Assembly: GCA_003971905.1 (NCBI GenBank)
Contig: RSEE01000101.1
Coordinates: 1-64,000, forward strand
Reading direction: 5' to 3'
Source: Moniliella sp. 'wahieum'
Taxonomy: Eukaryota
Length of the DNA stretch: 64,000 bases
The translations under genes and the position numbers were made by a program. The notes below the pieces were generated by a model. That model had not been told where the DNA came from and did not search any database. It saw only the letters and a list, made by a program, of their open reading frames with translations. This document shows positions 14,259 through 25,659 of this stretch, piece by piece (positions within the stretch are counted from its first letter, which is position 1; the number at the start of each line of letters is the position of its first letter).

Positions 14259-16905
14259 TTAGCCCGAGCACATGGTGCATGCGCCCGGGTTCTCCAAGCT
14301 GCACGCCAACTTCTCCGCCTCGAGTTGGCGCTGCTTCTGCCGTGCCAGCGCAGCAAGGAAGCCGGGGTCCTGACTCGGGTCCTCACTGGCGTTCAACGGT
14401 GCTTCTGGCGCCGGGGCAGGCGCAGCGGCTACACTCGCCACACCGCCCGTCGCATCGTCGCCGAGCTTGGCCACATCCGCAACACTCTTCTGAGCCGCCT
14501 GCTTGGCCTTTTGGGCCGCCCGTTCTTCCTTGGCCTTGGCCTTGGCCAAGTTCTGTTCTTCTTGGCTCACCGTGAACTGGATCGCGTTGGCGGCCGGGCG
14601 GGTGCGGAGGTAATAGGCTCCGGTCTTGAGTCCCTTTTTCCATGCGTAAAAGTGCATCGAAGTGAGCTGGCCAAAAGTAGGTGCTTGCAAGTGCAAGTTC
14701 ATGCTTTGCGATTGGCAAATGAACGCGCCCCGGTCCTGCCATATCGATAATGGCCTTTTGCGAGATTTCCCACACTGTCTTGTACAAGGCCTTGATGTGA
14801 GCCGGGATGCCATCCACGCCTTGGATCGAGCCGCCATGCGCAATGATCCGGTTCTTCATCGTCTCATCCCACAAGCCAGCCTCGACGAGCTGCCGCAGCA
14901 GCCACGGGTTGACCACCTGAAAGTCGCCCGCCACACACGACGTGAGTAAATGTTGGACGTGTACGGCTCAAATTCGTTGAACCCGAGGATTTGGGAGGTC
15001 GAGGCAGTGGGCATAGGTGCCAGCAAGAGCGAGTTGCGCACACCGTGTTGCGCAATCTTGGCCTTCAACCGGCCCAGTCCCACCGCTTCGACGGAGTGAC
15101 ACCCCCATGTCATACTGCAGTTCGCCCTGCGAGACCGGGGAGCCGCATACGTCTCGTACGGCCCTAGCTCGGCCGCAATCTCGCTCGAACGTTCCAAGGC
15201 GGCATGGTAGATCGTTTCGAAAATGTCCACGTTGAGCTTGCGTGCCTCGGGACTGTCAAACGGCATCCCCAGGATCTGGAACGCATCGGCCAGACCTTGC
15301 ACGCCAATCCCGATCGGCCGGTGGCGCATGTTGGACCGCCTGGCCTCCTCGACGGGGTAGTAGTTGCCATCGATGATCTTGTTGAGGTTGGAGGTAAGAA
15401 CCTTGGACACCTCGTGCAACTTGGCAAAATCGTACGTCTTGGTCTCCTGATCGATAAACGTAGGAAGCGCAATGGAAGCGAGGTTGCACACGCCCACTTC
15501 GTCGGGCGCGCTGTACTCCATAATCTCCGTGCAGAGGTTGGAGCTCTTGATGGTGCCCAGGTTCTTCTGGTTGGACTTGCGGTTGGCTGCGTCCTTGTAG
15601 AGCATAAACGGATTGCCCGTCTCGGTTGGGCCTCCAGAATGGCATACCACAGCTTTTGTGCCTTGACTGTCCGCTTGGCCCGGCCCTCGCGCTCGTACCG
15701 CTCGTACAATGCTTCAAACTCGTCTCCATACACATCCGACAACCCAGGGCACTCGTTCGGGCACATCAGTGACCATCCCCATTGGCCTGGACGCGCTTCA
15801 TGAACAAGTCGGGGATCCAAAGTGCGTAGAAAAGCTCGCGCGCACGGAAGTCTTCCTTACCGTGCGTCTTGCGCAGCTCGACAAACTCGAAAATGTCCGA
15901 GTGCCAGGGTTCAGCATAGATGGCAAACGCGCCAGGACGTTTGTTGCCGCCTTGGTCGACGTAGCGAGCAGTGTTGTTAAACACACGAAGCATGGGCACA
16001 ATACCGTTGCTGACGCCGTTGGTGCCGGCAATGTACGACCGGTACCACGAATGTTGTGGATGTGCAACCCAATCCCGCCAGCCGTCTTGGAGATCATGGC
16101 GCACGTCTTGAGCGTGTCGTAAATTCCCTCAATCGAGTCTCCTTCATCGCCACGAGGAAACAGGAGGCCATCTGGGGATGCGGCGTGCCGGCATTGAAAG
16201 GGTAGGGGAAGCATGGGTAAAGTAGCGCTGGGACATGAGGTTGTACGTCTCGATCGCTGCATCAATGTCGGTGCCGTGGATGCCGACGGCGACGCGCATC
16301 AGCATATGTTGCGGCCGCTCGGCGACCTTGCCATTGATGCGGAGAAGGTACGAGCGCTCGAGCGTCTTGAATCCAAAAAGTTGTAGTGAAAGTCACGCTC
16401 AAAGATGATGGCGCCTCGAGCTGGTCCTTGTTGGCCATCACAGCTTGGTAGGTCTCATCAGAGATCATGGGCGAGCGCTTGCCGGTCTTGGGGTTGATGT
16501 ACTCATAGAGGTCTTGGATAACCGCACTAAAGTGCTTCTTGGTCTCCTTGTGCAGATTGGAAATCGCAATGCGCGCAGCCAAGACGGCATAGTCGGGGTG
16601 GGTCGTGGTCTTGTACGCGGCCGTCTCGGCGGCGAGGTTGTCCAGTTCAACAGTGGTCACGCCGTCGTAGATGCCCTCGATGACGCGCCGGGTAATCTCG
16701 ATGGGGTCGACGTAATTGGCATCGAGGCCGTAGCACAGCTTGCTAATGCGGGCGGTGACCTTGTCGAACTTGACCGACTCCTTGCGGCCGTCTGGAGGGG
16801 GAGGGGGGAGCGCGTCAGCAGGCCGCCGGGGATGGAAGAGCGAGTGCGCAGCAGCGAACGCAGGAGATGGGAAGGGTACACACCGCGCTTGTACACGTAA
16901 AGCAT
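14259..16905 (-). CDS. RNR1: Ribonucleoside-diphosphate reductase large subunit (class Ia); intron at 16792-16883
   Basis: Spliced start [23 protein letters not shown] (ATP cone), [44 protein letters not shown] and C-terminal CxxC (CTMCSG). Confidence 0.97.
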
Positions 16906-17125
16906 CGTGCGTCGGGGGCAGCAGGCAGCGAGGGGGGGGGGGCGGGGGGAGCGAGGAAGGTGGGTGCCCGGATGAGATGGGGGAGCGGGTGGTGGTGGGG
17001 AGGAGGAAGGAAAAGGCCTGGCTGGCACGCGACGCGCCTTAAAACCAGCCGCGCTTCGGCCACCAAACACGCTGCGGACGCCGCCCGGCCGCACCAGGCC
17101 AGTGTGCAGCACCCATCACGCCATC

Positions 17126-17464
17126 ACGCGTCCTCCGACGCCCGGTCGCCAGCGCGTGGACACACCGTTTCCACCACTGCCCCCCTGCCCTGCCTCCGAC
17201 GCGCGTTCGGCGGCGACCCGCGACGCGTCTCGGCCGGCGGCGCACAGCAGCACCAGCACGCCCCAGCACGCATACCCGCCCCTCGCCCATCCCACGCCTC
17301 CGCAACGCGTCGCCGCTCGGCACTGCCTTGCTCGCTACGCCATCGGCCATCGCAGCCCCTCGCCCACGCGCCAGCCATCATCCATCCTCCATCATCCATC
17401 CATCCGTCTCCCATCGTATAGGCGACACGGACCTAGGCGCTTATCTCCGGCCGCCCTGACGCGT
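17126..17464. promoter_or_regulatory. Cluster of four MCB elements (ACGCGT) upstream of RNR1
   Basis: ACGCGT at 17126, 17223, 17305 and 17459, plus further ACGCG cores. RNR1 is a canonical MBF target in yeasts. Confidence 0.6.
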
Positions 17465-17623
17465 TTCTCTCTCTACCGGCTACCCAGCATAACCCACTCG
17501 CACTACCTTCCTTCCTCCCCTCTCAAGTAGCGCTGAGAGATCGCTCTCTTGATTGCAAAAGCCATCAGATATAGTTTCTTCTGCCATGTTCGTATCTAAT
17601 ACGCTCCAGCGCCCTCTGGTCGG

Positions 17624-20066
17624 TCACCTTCCTCCCTCCTCCCCCAAGGCGCCCAGGACCAAGTCAACCGCACTTGGCACGGCGATGGCCTGTTGGTTGT
17701 CCGGCTCATCTGTCTTCCCGTCCTCCCCCCAATTCTTGTGCTGGGTCAGGACCAGGCTTGCCCCAGTCGGCCCCATAGCACCGCAACCATCGCCGTTTCC
17801 CGCTTCTGGCCCGACGGGGAGAACGCATCGGCACTCCGACTGCGTCGTGCCGCGCTCCATGGTTCTGGCTCGGCCGATGGCAGCTGAGCTGGAGCCAAAG
17901 GCCCGATCGAAGCGCAGTAACGCGCACGGCTTGGCTCTGTTGGCCGTTCGGCTGGGCATACTTCCAATCGATCACAAACGCTTGGCCTACGTCGCTTTGT
18001 CCGCTGAAGAGGGCAGGAAGACGAATGCCCGCCCCACCGTCGGAGAGATAACAAAAGGCAAGCAGGAACGAAACGGTGCTTCGGGCAGAGCCAAGAGCCC
18101 CATCCACGCGTCCACATGCGCGCAAGGCCAATGAGGGGGTAGGTGTCCTGTCCCCCGCACGCTCTCCTCGTTGGGTGCTTCAGCTGTGCCTACAACGGGC
18201 AAGGAGCACGAACTCGACGCCAAGGGAAAGAACGGACGGAGTAGGGCCGGGTACGCACCAATCAGAACCAGCTGGTCCCCTTCCTCCTCAATGTGAATGT
18301 GCAGAATCAGGGTGTGGGTCGCGGCGCAGAGGGACAACGTGCGCAGCTGGGCCGACAAGCTGATCCGGATCTGTCCCATGCAAAAGGTTCCCGCAAACAT
18401 CACCCACACAAACGCAACGCAACGCAACGCAACGCAACGCAACGCAACGCAACGCATGCCAGAAAACCCACCCATTGAATCAGTCTCCGCTCTCGGCTCC
18501 AACACGCGACTGAGGTGTGCCATGTGGCATTATACGCAACGTACCTTGGACCCAGGCCTGGCTTGGGAGCACTTGGAATCCAGTTGATCATGGGGTGGAG
18601 TGGACCACCAACGCGAACCGGTAAACTCGGGAGATCGTAGGTGCTTAGTACGTGTACCAACGACGGGACGACAGAGCCGTGCTGCAGGTCTACAATCGCA
18701 TAGTCTCTTCCGTCCGACGTGGGGACAAAGAGAAAGCGGCCATCGTTGGGGAGCAGGTGCTGGGTCAGTCCGGATGCTCGAGGCTGCACGTTCAGCGGGA
18801 TCACCGTGGGTGCCAGGGGTGGCACAGGAAGAGCAAGAGGAAGCGAAATAGCGCACTGTGTGGTTAACCCTGTTTCAAGGTTCACACGGGAAAGAACGTG
18901 GCGCCCGGCGTCGCTAAGGGCACAAGAGGTAATAGTCAGAAAAGTTACTAGCGTGCAAACCAGAACAAGCCAGCAAAAAGTATAACTTCGGGCGTGGGGG
19001 GAGGGGAAGCGTACAGAATGTAAAGCCAAGGCAAGTCGAGTGACAGCTGGGGAACTTGTTTGGTCAAAGGTAACTCGACATCGAACTTCCATGTAAACTG
19101 GCCTCGTGCCCGTTACGACTTGCTGCCGTACCAGCGTGCTCGGCATGAATCGACAGCCAGCGTTCGTTCCGCTGAGCCGGGAAGTCCACCCCTGTTGTGC
19201 AAAACGACAACAGAATGATCAGTATCAGTATTAACCAGTGTGACAAGTGACGTGCGCCCCTCTCGAATTTCTCCCAAGAGGGACACGGGACACACGTACA
19301 TTCCCATCCGAGCACGGCCCAGTCCCCATGCACCACCGCACCCAACGAAGTGTGTACCCCGGACGATGGCTCAGTCCACCGCGAGGGCGCATAGGACCAC
19401 AACGCCCTCCCACTGTCTTCGTCTACCAACACCACCCTCCGCCGCCGTCGATCGGTCCGCCATACCAACACGCCCCTCTGGTCCGGTGCCAGCGCCAGCA
19501 CCTCGTCACCCCACGCCAGCGATACCGAGTCAAGGCAGGCGTGAGCAAGAGGAATGTTGTCCCACGACCGTCTCGGTTCCCCATGAATCGTCCATCCGAA
19601 TTGGTGCTCCAATAGCTCGGCTTGGACCACGAGGTGAGCCCAAGTGAGGGGCGGCGGCGCACGTCCAAAAAGCGTACGGGGAAGTTCGTGGTAGACCTTG
19701 GTGTGCAACGGGACAAGGCCTGCACGTTGTGCTTGTGCATGCCAAATGAGTGGGTCGCACATCAAGCCATGCAACACTGGCCATCAGGTGTCCAAGAGGG
19801 AAAAAAGGAAGGTGGGATACCAATAAAGGTATAGATGTAGAGAGTGAGAGGTATCCATGGTTGCGGATGGGTTAGTAAAGACGACAGGGTGGGTAGGAGG
19901 ATCGGGACGTGAAGGAGGTCGCGGCGGGGAGAGGAGCGGCGTAAAACGTACCCTTGCAGGTTTGGCTTAAACGAGCCAGGTCTTGCGGCCCCAGAATAGG
20001 AGGAGAGGTAACAATCTGCAGCAGCACTTCGGCCGGCAACGTCTGCAAGCTACTACGCCCGTGCAT
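17624..20066 (-). CDS. F-box protein (multi-exon; 3' end uncertain)
   Basis: N-terminal LQTLPAEVLLQIV...LGPQDLARLSQTCK, then an intron, then LHGLMCDPLIW, together matching an F-box. Downstream exons have no domain I recognise. Confidence 0.6.
18411..18455 (+). repeat. (AACGC)n pentanucleotide microsatellite, probably intronic
   Basis: About 9 perfect AACGC units seen directly. Confidence 0.9.
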
Positions 20067-22589
20067 GGTGCTCAACAATCAAGCGAGGTGAGGCCGAGAT
20101 GAGGGCGATCCCGAGAGAGAAAGAAGGCAGAGGAGCGGGACGGGTGCTGGCGTGGCCAGTGGACAGATGGCGGTATAGGGCGACAAGAAAGAGCGCCGGA
20201 GCGGGGGGGTATATAAGAGAGGGCGAAAAGAGGCGTCTTCTGAGCATGCAGATCGGCGGTTGGGCGACAGGACCCTGTGCCCAGCGTATGGGGGTAGGCT
20301 GGGTATTGGATTGCGACCCCGCACATCATCGGTTTGCTTGAGGCGCTGTGCATCATCACAGTCTAGTCATCCTCTCGGAAAAGAATAACCTGCCTGACGC
20401 GTCGGCGCGGGTTTGGGGGAGCGGTGACGCGGACGAGAGGGGATGGATGAGAGGCAGGCGGGGATAAACCGGGGGATGGGGCGCTCTTCTTCTGGCCGAT
20501 GCACCTCCATGGCCTGTGCACCACTCGGGGCTGCGGCCAGTGTTTTTGCCACAGGCCACGCTATAGGAGAGCCGCAGCAGAAAAGGCGCAGCAATGCATG
20601 ATGGGCTGGTCGATGATGGCGCGTGCCTAGCTCGGCCAAATAAATCCGTGCCCCCCCAAGTGCCAGAGTGCCCCAGTGCCCTCCCCCGCACCCTCTAGTA
20701 TGCGGGGGCAGGCACGCCACCCGGCCACTGTGTATTCAGCAGGCCCGGTGGTGGGCTTGGCATGCTACCTAGCAAAGCCAGTAACGAATAGTAACTCGTC
20801 ATCGGCCCATCAGCTCAACACGTTTACCGCTTATGCATATGGGACAAGGCAAAAAGCAACGCTCCCCACACTCCATCCAACGTTCGTTCTCTTTCGCCGT
20901 GACGCGTGAAGTACCCTTTTTTGTCTCTCATGCATCATCGGTCTAGGTGGCAAGTAACCCTTTGCCCACAGTCTCTCCTTCCTGATGGTCCCCGTGCGCT
21001 ATACGCGTTAGGATGGCGCGCTGGTGGAAGTGCATAGACCTTCGGTGCCCACGAGCCTCATACTACGGCTAGGACGCGATGGTCCTCCGTTTCGCCATCG
21101 CATGGCAGATGTGCCCATCGAAACGGGCACGTATATGTGTGCCGCACGCCATATACGTCAAAAAATGGGTTCTTCCATGGTGCATGGCGGGACACGGGAC
21201 TAGTGACTACTATATATAAGTCCATGAACTTCATCACTGAATAAAACCTCTCGACCTCTCTTCTCTCCTCTCCTCTCTCCATCGATCAACGTCGAATTCA
21301 TCTCTTCGCATCCTTTCTCTTTTGAAAATGTGGACGCCAGACCTCTCCAACAGTATAGATCCAGAAAATCTGGTGTTGTGTATCCTTTGTTGTTTCGTTT
21401 GCCACTTCAAGAGCAGAGAGATTCAAGAGCGCGGATTGAGAGCAGATCCCGCTGGATCATCGATCACGTCAAACGCTCAGCTGTGATGACATATGTCTCT
21501 CCATTCAGATACTTTTTGTCCTTCTCAATATACCAAGCACAGAGACTCTTCTCCTCAAGGGACCAACACCCCTGCGTATCGTCCCCGTCGCGTGCGCATT
21601 CGGCGGTCAGCGCACAGGGACCAATATACTCACTATATTATTAGTCACTGAGGTGTTGACATCTGATGGGGACAAAACAGCACAACACCTTTGCTATAAC
21701 AATAAGGGGTAACGCGTAGGTATATACCACCCACGTACCCTCTCTCAGATCTAAGATCTGATCGCTCTCCGTGTGCCGATGTGAGGCGGAAGAAAAGTGC
21801 ACCGTTCGGGTATGGTTGACGTGTGGGGGAAAGAGAGTCGTGCGCAATGGACGTTCGCAATAATATGGTTGTGCGCAAACAAGGTTTGGTGCCAGGGCAA
21901 ATAACAAAAGGGGTATAGAGATGAGATCGATGAGATCGATGATCGATCGCCCACCCCCCGAAACCTAACCCCCCCCCCGTCTCCGCCCTCTGCCCCACTC
22001 AAATCTGAACGTGGGCGCAAGGTGTACACCACGGACCTCGGAAAAAAGTGTGGGGCCCCACGCCCCACCACAGAAGAGTAACGCAAAAATGCGCGCGGGC
22101 GACCGAGAGGCGTAAGACCTAAGAGTCGAATTCGGTGTTGGGTCCATCTGTCTCGGCCAATTGGCGGAGACGAAGAAGTGTAGGGTCGGGACAATGTCAC
22201 GCAATATAATAATAGAGGTTGCTGCGCAAACGTCTCAAGAGGACAGAATTACCAAGCGGGCACGGCGCTGATGCAGCGAAAGTCATATAGTCATCGCTGT
22301 GTGTTGTCACATGGGTACCGGGTGTGTGGGGTGGCGAAAACCGGGATAAGACCTAAGGGCGGGGTTTATTTGCTGCTGAAGCGCAGCGCTGTCGGACATA
22401 TTATTCACACAACATTTACACAATGGCCAACACTGGTCCAGTTTTTGAATCGGTGTCCAGGCTTTAAAAGCCTGCTAAAGCTTGAGAGTTGTTGCTTCAA
22501 TTTGAGTGCAGAAAGATTGCTCTGAGAGGACCGTGACACTAGGTTGCAATGAGCTAGGACACCCGAACAAATAAAAAAACCTAAAAAAT

Positions 22590-22661
22590 TGCCTCCTAGC
22601 CGAATCGAACGACTAATCTTCGCATTACGAGTGCGACGCCTTACCATTGAGCCAAAGAGGC
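22590..22661 (-). tRNA. tRNA-Thr(CGT), no intron
   Basis: The reverse complement GCCTCTTTGGCTCAATGGTAAGGCGTCGCACTCGTAATGCGAAGATTAGTCGTTCGATTCGGCTAGGAGGCA folds as a cloverleaf with anticodon CGT and is followed by a T-run Pol III terminator. Confidence 0.95.
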
Positions 22662-23019
22662 TTTATATCGCGGTTTAAATTTGTGAACCTCTTAGGTTTC
22701 TTTTGAGGTCCAGTGACAAAGCCATGCTACTGTTTCGCCCTCTAAGATCTATAAACTCGCATAATCGGCGTTTGCTGTTGACAGCTCGAGCCCACCCCAT
22801 CAAAACCCAACGGCGTTTCCAGCAGGTAGGTGTTGAGCCGCAGGGTGGCTCGTGTGTTTGTTTGGTCATGATCCCTCACAATCCCTCCTCAGTAGGCCTA
22901 TAGGTTTCTTCCAATTGTGCGTCCATTTCATTGACAGAGCTTAAGGCTGGGACAGGGGGAACGCTACGTCTAAACCTAACCGTTCATCTTGCGGGGGTTA
23001 CTTAGGGGCGCCACCAGGG

Positions 23020-23560
23020 TCAAGGAACCAGGGGGATCGCCAGGATATCAGGACCCTCCGGCTCATGCCATCCGGTCCCGTACCCTAGGAAGCGCGTGTG
23101 GACACGGAGGAACGTGGTTGACATCCGAGCGAGAAACCATTTCCACTGAGACTTAGTAGCCAACTCCTTCCAATGCGCAAACAACTTGCTCGCCGTCTTG
23201 GTGCCGTAGTATCCTCGCGTCGTCAAAACCAGGGGAAAAACGTTTCTTGAGTGCGTCCCTGGTACTTGGCGTTCTTGTCGCATTCTGCTTGTTCAAGCAG
23301 CCGAAGCAGTTCCTTCTCCCGGCGTTCCAAAGGCGACGCAGTGCTCTCATGCACCACCCGCCGGTACGCGCTCTGCGCCTCCTGCGATCCCGTGTCGCGC
23401 AGCGTGTGGTCTACCTCCATTCCGGTTCCTCCCAGTGCTCCGGGCCCCATCACGCGGTAATCGGTGCGCTGTGCCTTCCAATATAATCTTCTCGCTTCTG
23501 TTTTCCTTGTTTCGCAGCCTAGCCCCTGCGGGGTGACTGTGGTAGCTTGGAGCACCTTTG
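23020..23560 (-). mobile_element. 5'-truncated, degenerate non-LTR retrotransposon relic (CRE/Cnl1-like restriction-like endonuclease C-terminus)
   Basis: Joining two frames at a homopolymer gives RTDYRVMGPGALGGTGMEVDHTL...AECDKNAKY...FFPLVLTTRGYYG...LFAHWKE...MSTTFLR. This follows the RxD...(E/D)xD...KxxKY...F-P-h-V-h-x-x-x-G layout of RLE domains. Confidence 0.7.
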
Positions 23561-23922
23561 CAGTATATAGGTTGCAGGTTGGCTTCAACTGCCATCACCG
23601 ACACCATCACTAGTGCGTTGCATCTCCCTGGAGGACCATCAGGACTCCAGGTCTCATCAATATTAGAGAGCTCTGACCCTAGCCACCGGTTGGGGTGGAG
23701 CGCGAGCGGGTAGGATGAGCGTAGTGTGGACTAGCATCCGCCCCTTTCTTGATGGCTTTCCACCCTCTCGCACGTTATCATGATGGGCTGAGAGAAAAGA
23801 AGAACGGATTGAGGGTGCGACTCTGTAGTACTTTTGGCCGTCGTCCTGCTATTCACTTGCTCAAACGCAGCCGATTCAGTTATTTTTCAACCGCCGTGCC
23901 TCAGAAGACTGAGGACATCTCT

Positions 23923-23956
23923 CTTCAAGCTTCAAGCTTCAAGCTTCACAAGCTTC
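23923..23956. repeat. (AAGCTTC)n heptad array
   Basis: cttcaagcttcaagcttcaagcttcacaagcttc seen directly. Confidence 0.85.
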
Positions 23957-24227
23957 ACACATGTACCACGTTCGGGAAGTATATCTCGCAGATGTTTGGC
24001 CACTCTCGTCCTCTCTTCGCATGGCGCGGCCATCCTTCAAAAAAGGCGCCAGGTGTGGTCCCTCCACCTGAAACGTTCAGTGGCGGGGCATTGTGCGCAG
24101 ATGGGCCCTGTATGGGAGCGGGGCCATTCTTACGGTCTACGTAGGTGCTACATGCGACTTTGGTTTCAGCCCCACCATGTCAGAGATCTCAGATCTCATC
24201 CGCGCGTGCGCCTCTCGTGGGTAGCTG

Positions 24228-24273
24228 GCTTGAAGCTTGAAGAGCTTGAAGCTTCGAGCTTCAAGCTTCAAGC
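24228..24273. repeat. (AAGCTTG)n/(AAGCTTC)n fold-back heptad array
   Basis: gcttgaagcttgaagagcttgaagcttcgagcttcaagcttcaagc; the spacer base flips from G to C at the centre. Confidence 0.85.
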
Positions 24274-25659
24274 CCTTCAGCATCTGCAACACGTGAGGGT
24301 GTGACTGACTGCGTGAGCGCGTGCGCTGTCCTCTGCCCTACAACCCACCCGCCCTGGCCGATGCTGGGTTGGGTACGTTGGGCGCTGGCTGCCAAGCGCG
24401 CGCGATCAACATACGCGGGGCGTTGCGCACAGCTGCCACAGCAGCCACAGCTGATGCCAGTGCGAACGCGTGCACTTACCTACACTCATCTCCGACGCCC
24501 GCCCCCCTCGGCGACGTACTGAGGAAGTACTGCATGGTGCATCATGTGCATCATGACATGGACGACACCCTTGCCGGAGGCAGTGCAGCGCGGATGTATA
24601 CGGAGCTCAGGCGCTCAGGCGCTCATATCCCGATCATCGAGATCATCGTTCATCGTTCTCAATATAGCCACTAGCTCACTCCTCCGCGTGAGAGGGTGGG
24701 GCACGGGATGGTTGCGAGCAAAGCAGGACCCGCGGACGTCGGTGGCGCCGTTTGATATACCTGTTACCGGACTGTTACCATGGTATAATCGCGGTAACCG
24801 GTAATAACGCTGCGCGCAACGAGAGTACCAGCCGGTTGTAACCTGCTTATACCGTTTCCCTTTTCTATTGCTGCAACCCCTTACGAGTCGGCGTTTCTGC
24901 TACACGGGTGCGTGAGGCGCCACAGCACCCCCAAACCGGCCCCACCTCGTGTTCGGAGGCCTGTGGTGCCTATAATGTGGATCGTCGTGATGCATGACGC
25001 GTGATGCCGGCAGTGCAAACACAGGAGACTATCGTCTCTGCGTCTGAGATTCTGAGGTCATTGACCCTGCAAGAGAGGTCTAGATTTGGAGGACTGATCT
25101 GAGGCTTCTGAAAGGCTTTTAAGGCCTAATGGCCTACTGTTCCTAAGGCCTTCCTATACTGCTTGAATTGAACGTCCAAGCGGCCTAATACTATACTATC
25201 TACTACTGCTAGTACTACGATGTCTCGTTTGCAATACTGTCACGTACCTGGATCTATACCGATTTACCGCCAGGGTTTCTCAGCGACTCAACTGAGTGTA
25301 CTGACGTACTGAACGTACTGCACTGGTACTGGCCACGATGCATTATGTATCATGCACCAGGCTTCGATCAAAAGTCGGCCAAGCCTCTAGCAGCCTCTAG
25401 CAGCCTCTCGCATAGCATAAAGGGGTCTAGGTTGAAGGGGGTACATATTGCTTTTCTTTGACTCCACCCGCCCCACAGCTCCATCAAACCACACGGCCTC
25501 ACGTCTTTCAGATATTTGCAAAAAAGCCACAGGTTGACTTGCCTTCTCCTCCTGTACCACCACCACTACCACCACCGCCTGCTCCTCCTAACCTCTTTCT
25601 GATTCCTAGTACCGCAGCTGTTCCCTCTACGGCTTGGTCACCGCTGTGGTATAGACGCC

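Noticed and set aside
14955..14995. RNR1 motif reads [14 protein letters not shown], lacking the usual Cys of NECFEP
   Set aside because: It is a 3-base loss in a gene with many other small deletions, so most likely a consensus error rather than a real variant.
58..16905. Pseudogene status for the septin, RIC1, SEN1 and RNR1
   Set aside because: Protein motifs are undegraded and several of these genes are normally essential; the indel pattern fits sequencing error.
21483..21666. Possible C/D snoRNA (GTGATGA ... CTGA)
   Set aside because: No terminal stem and no rRNA-complementary guide that I could identify.
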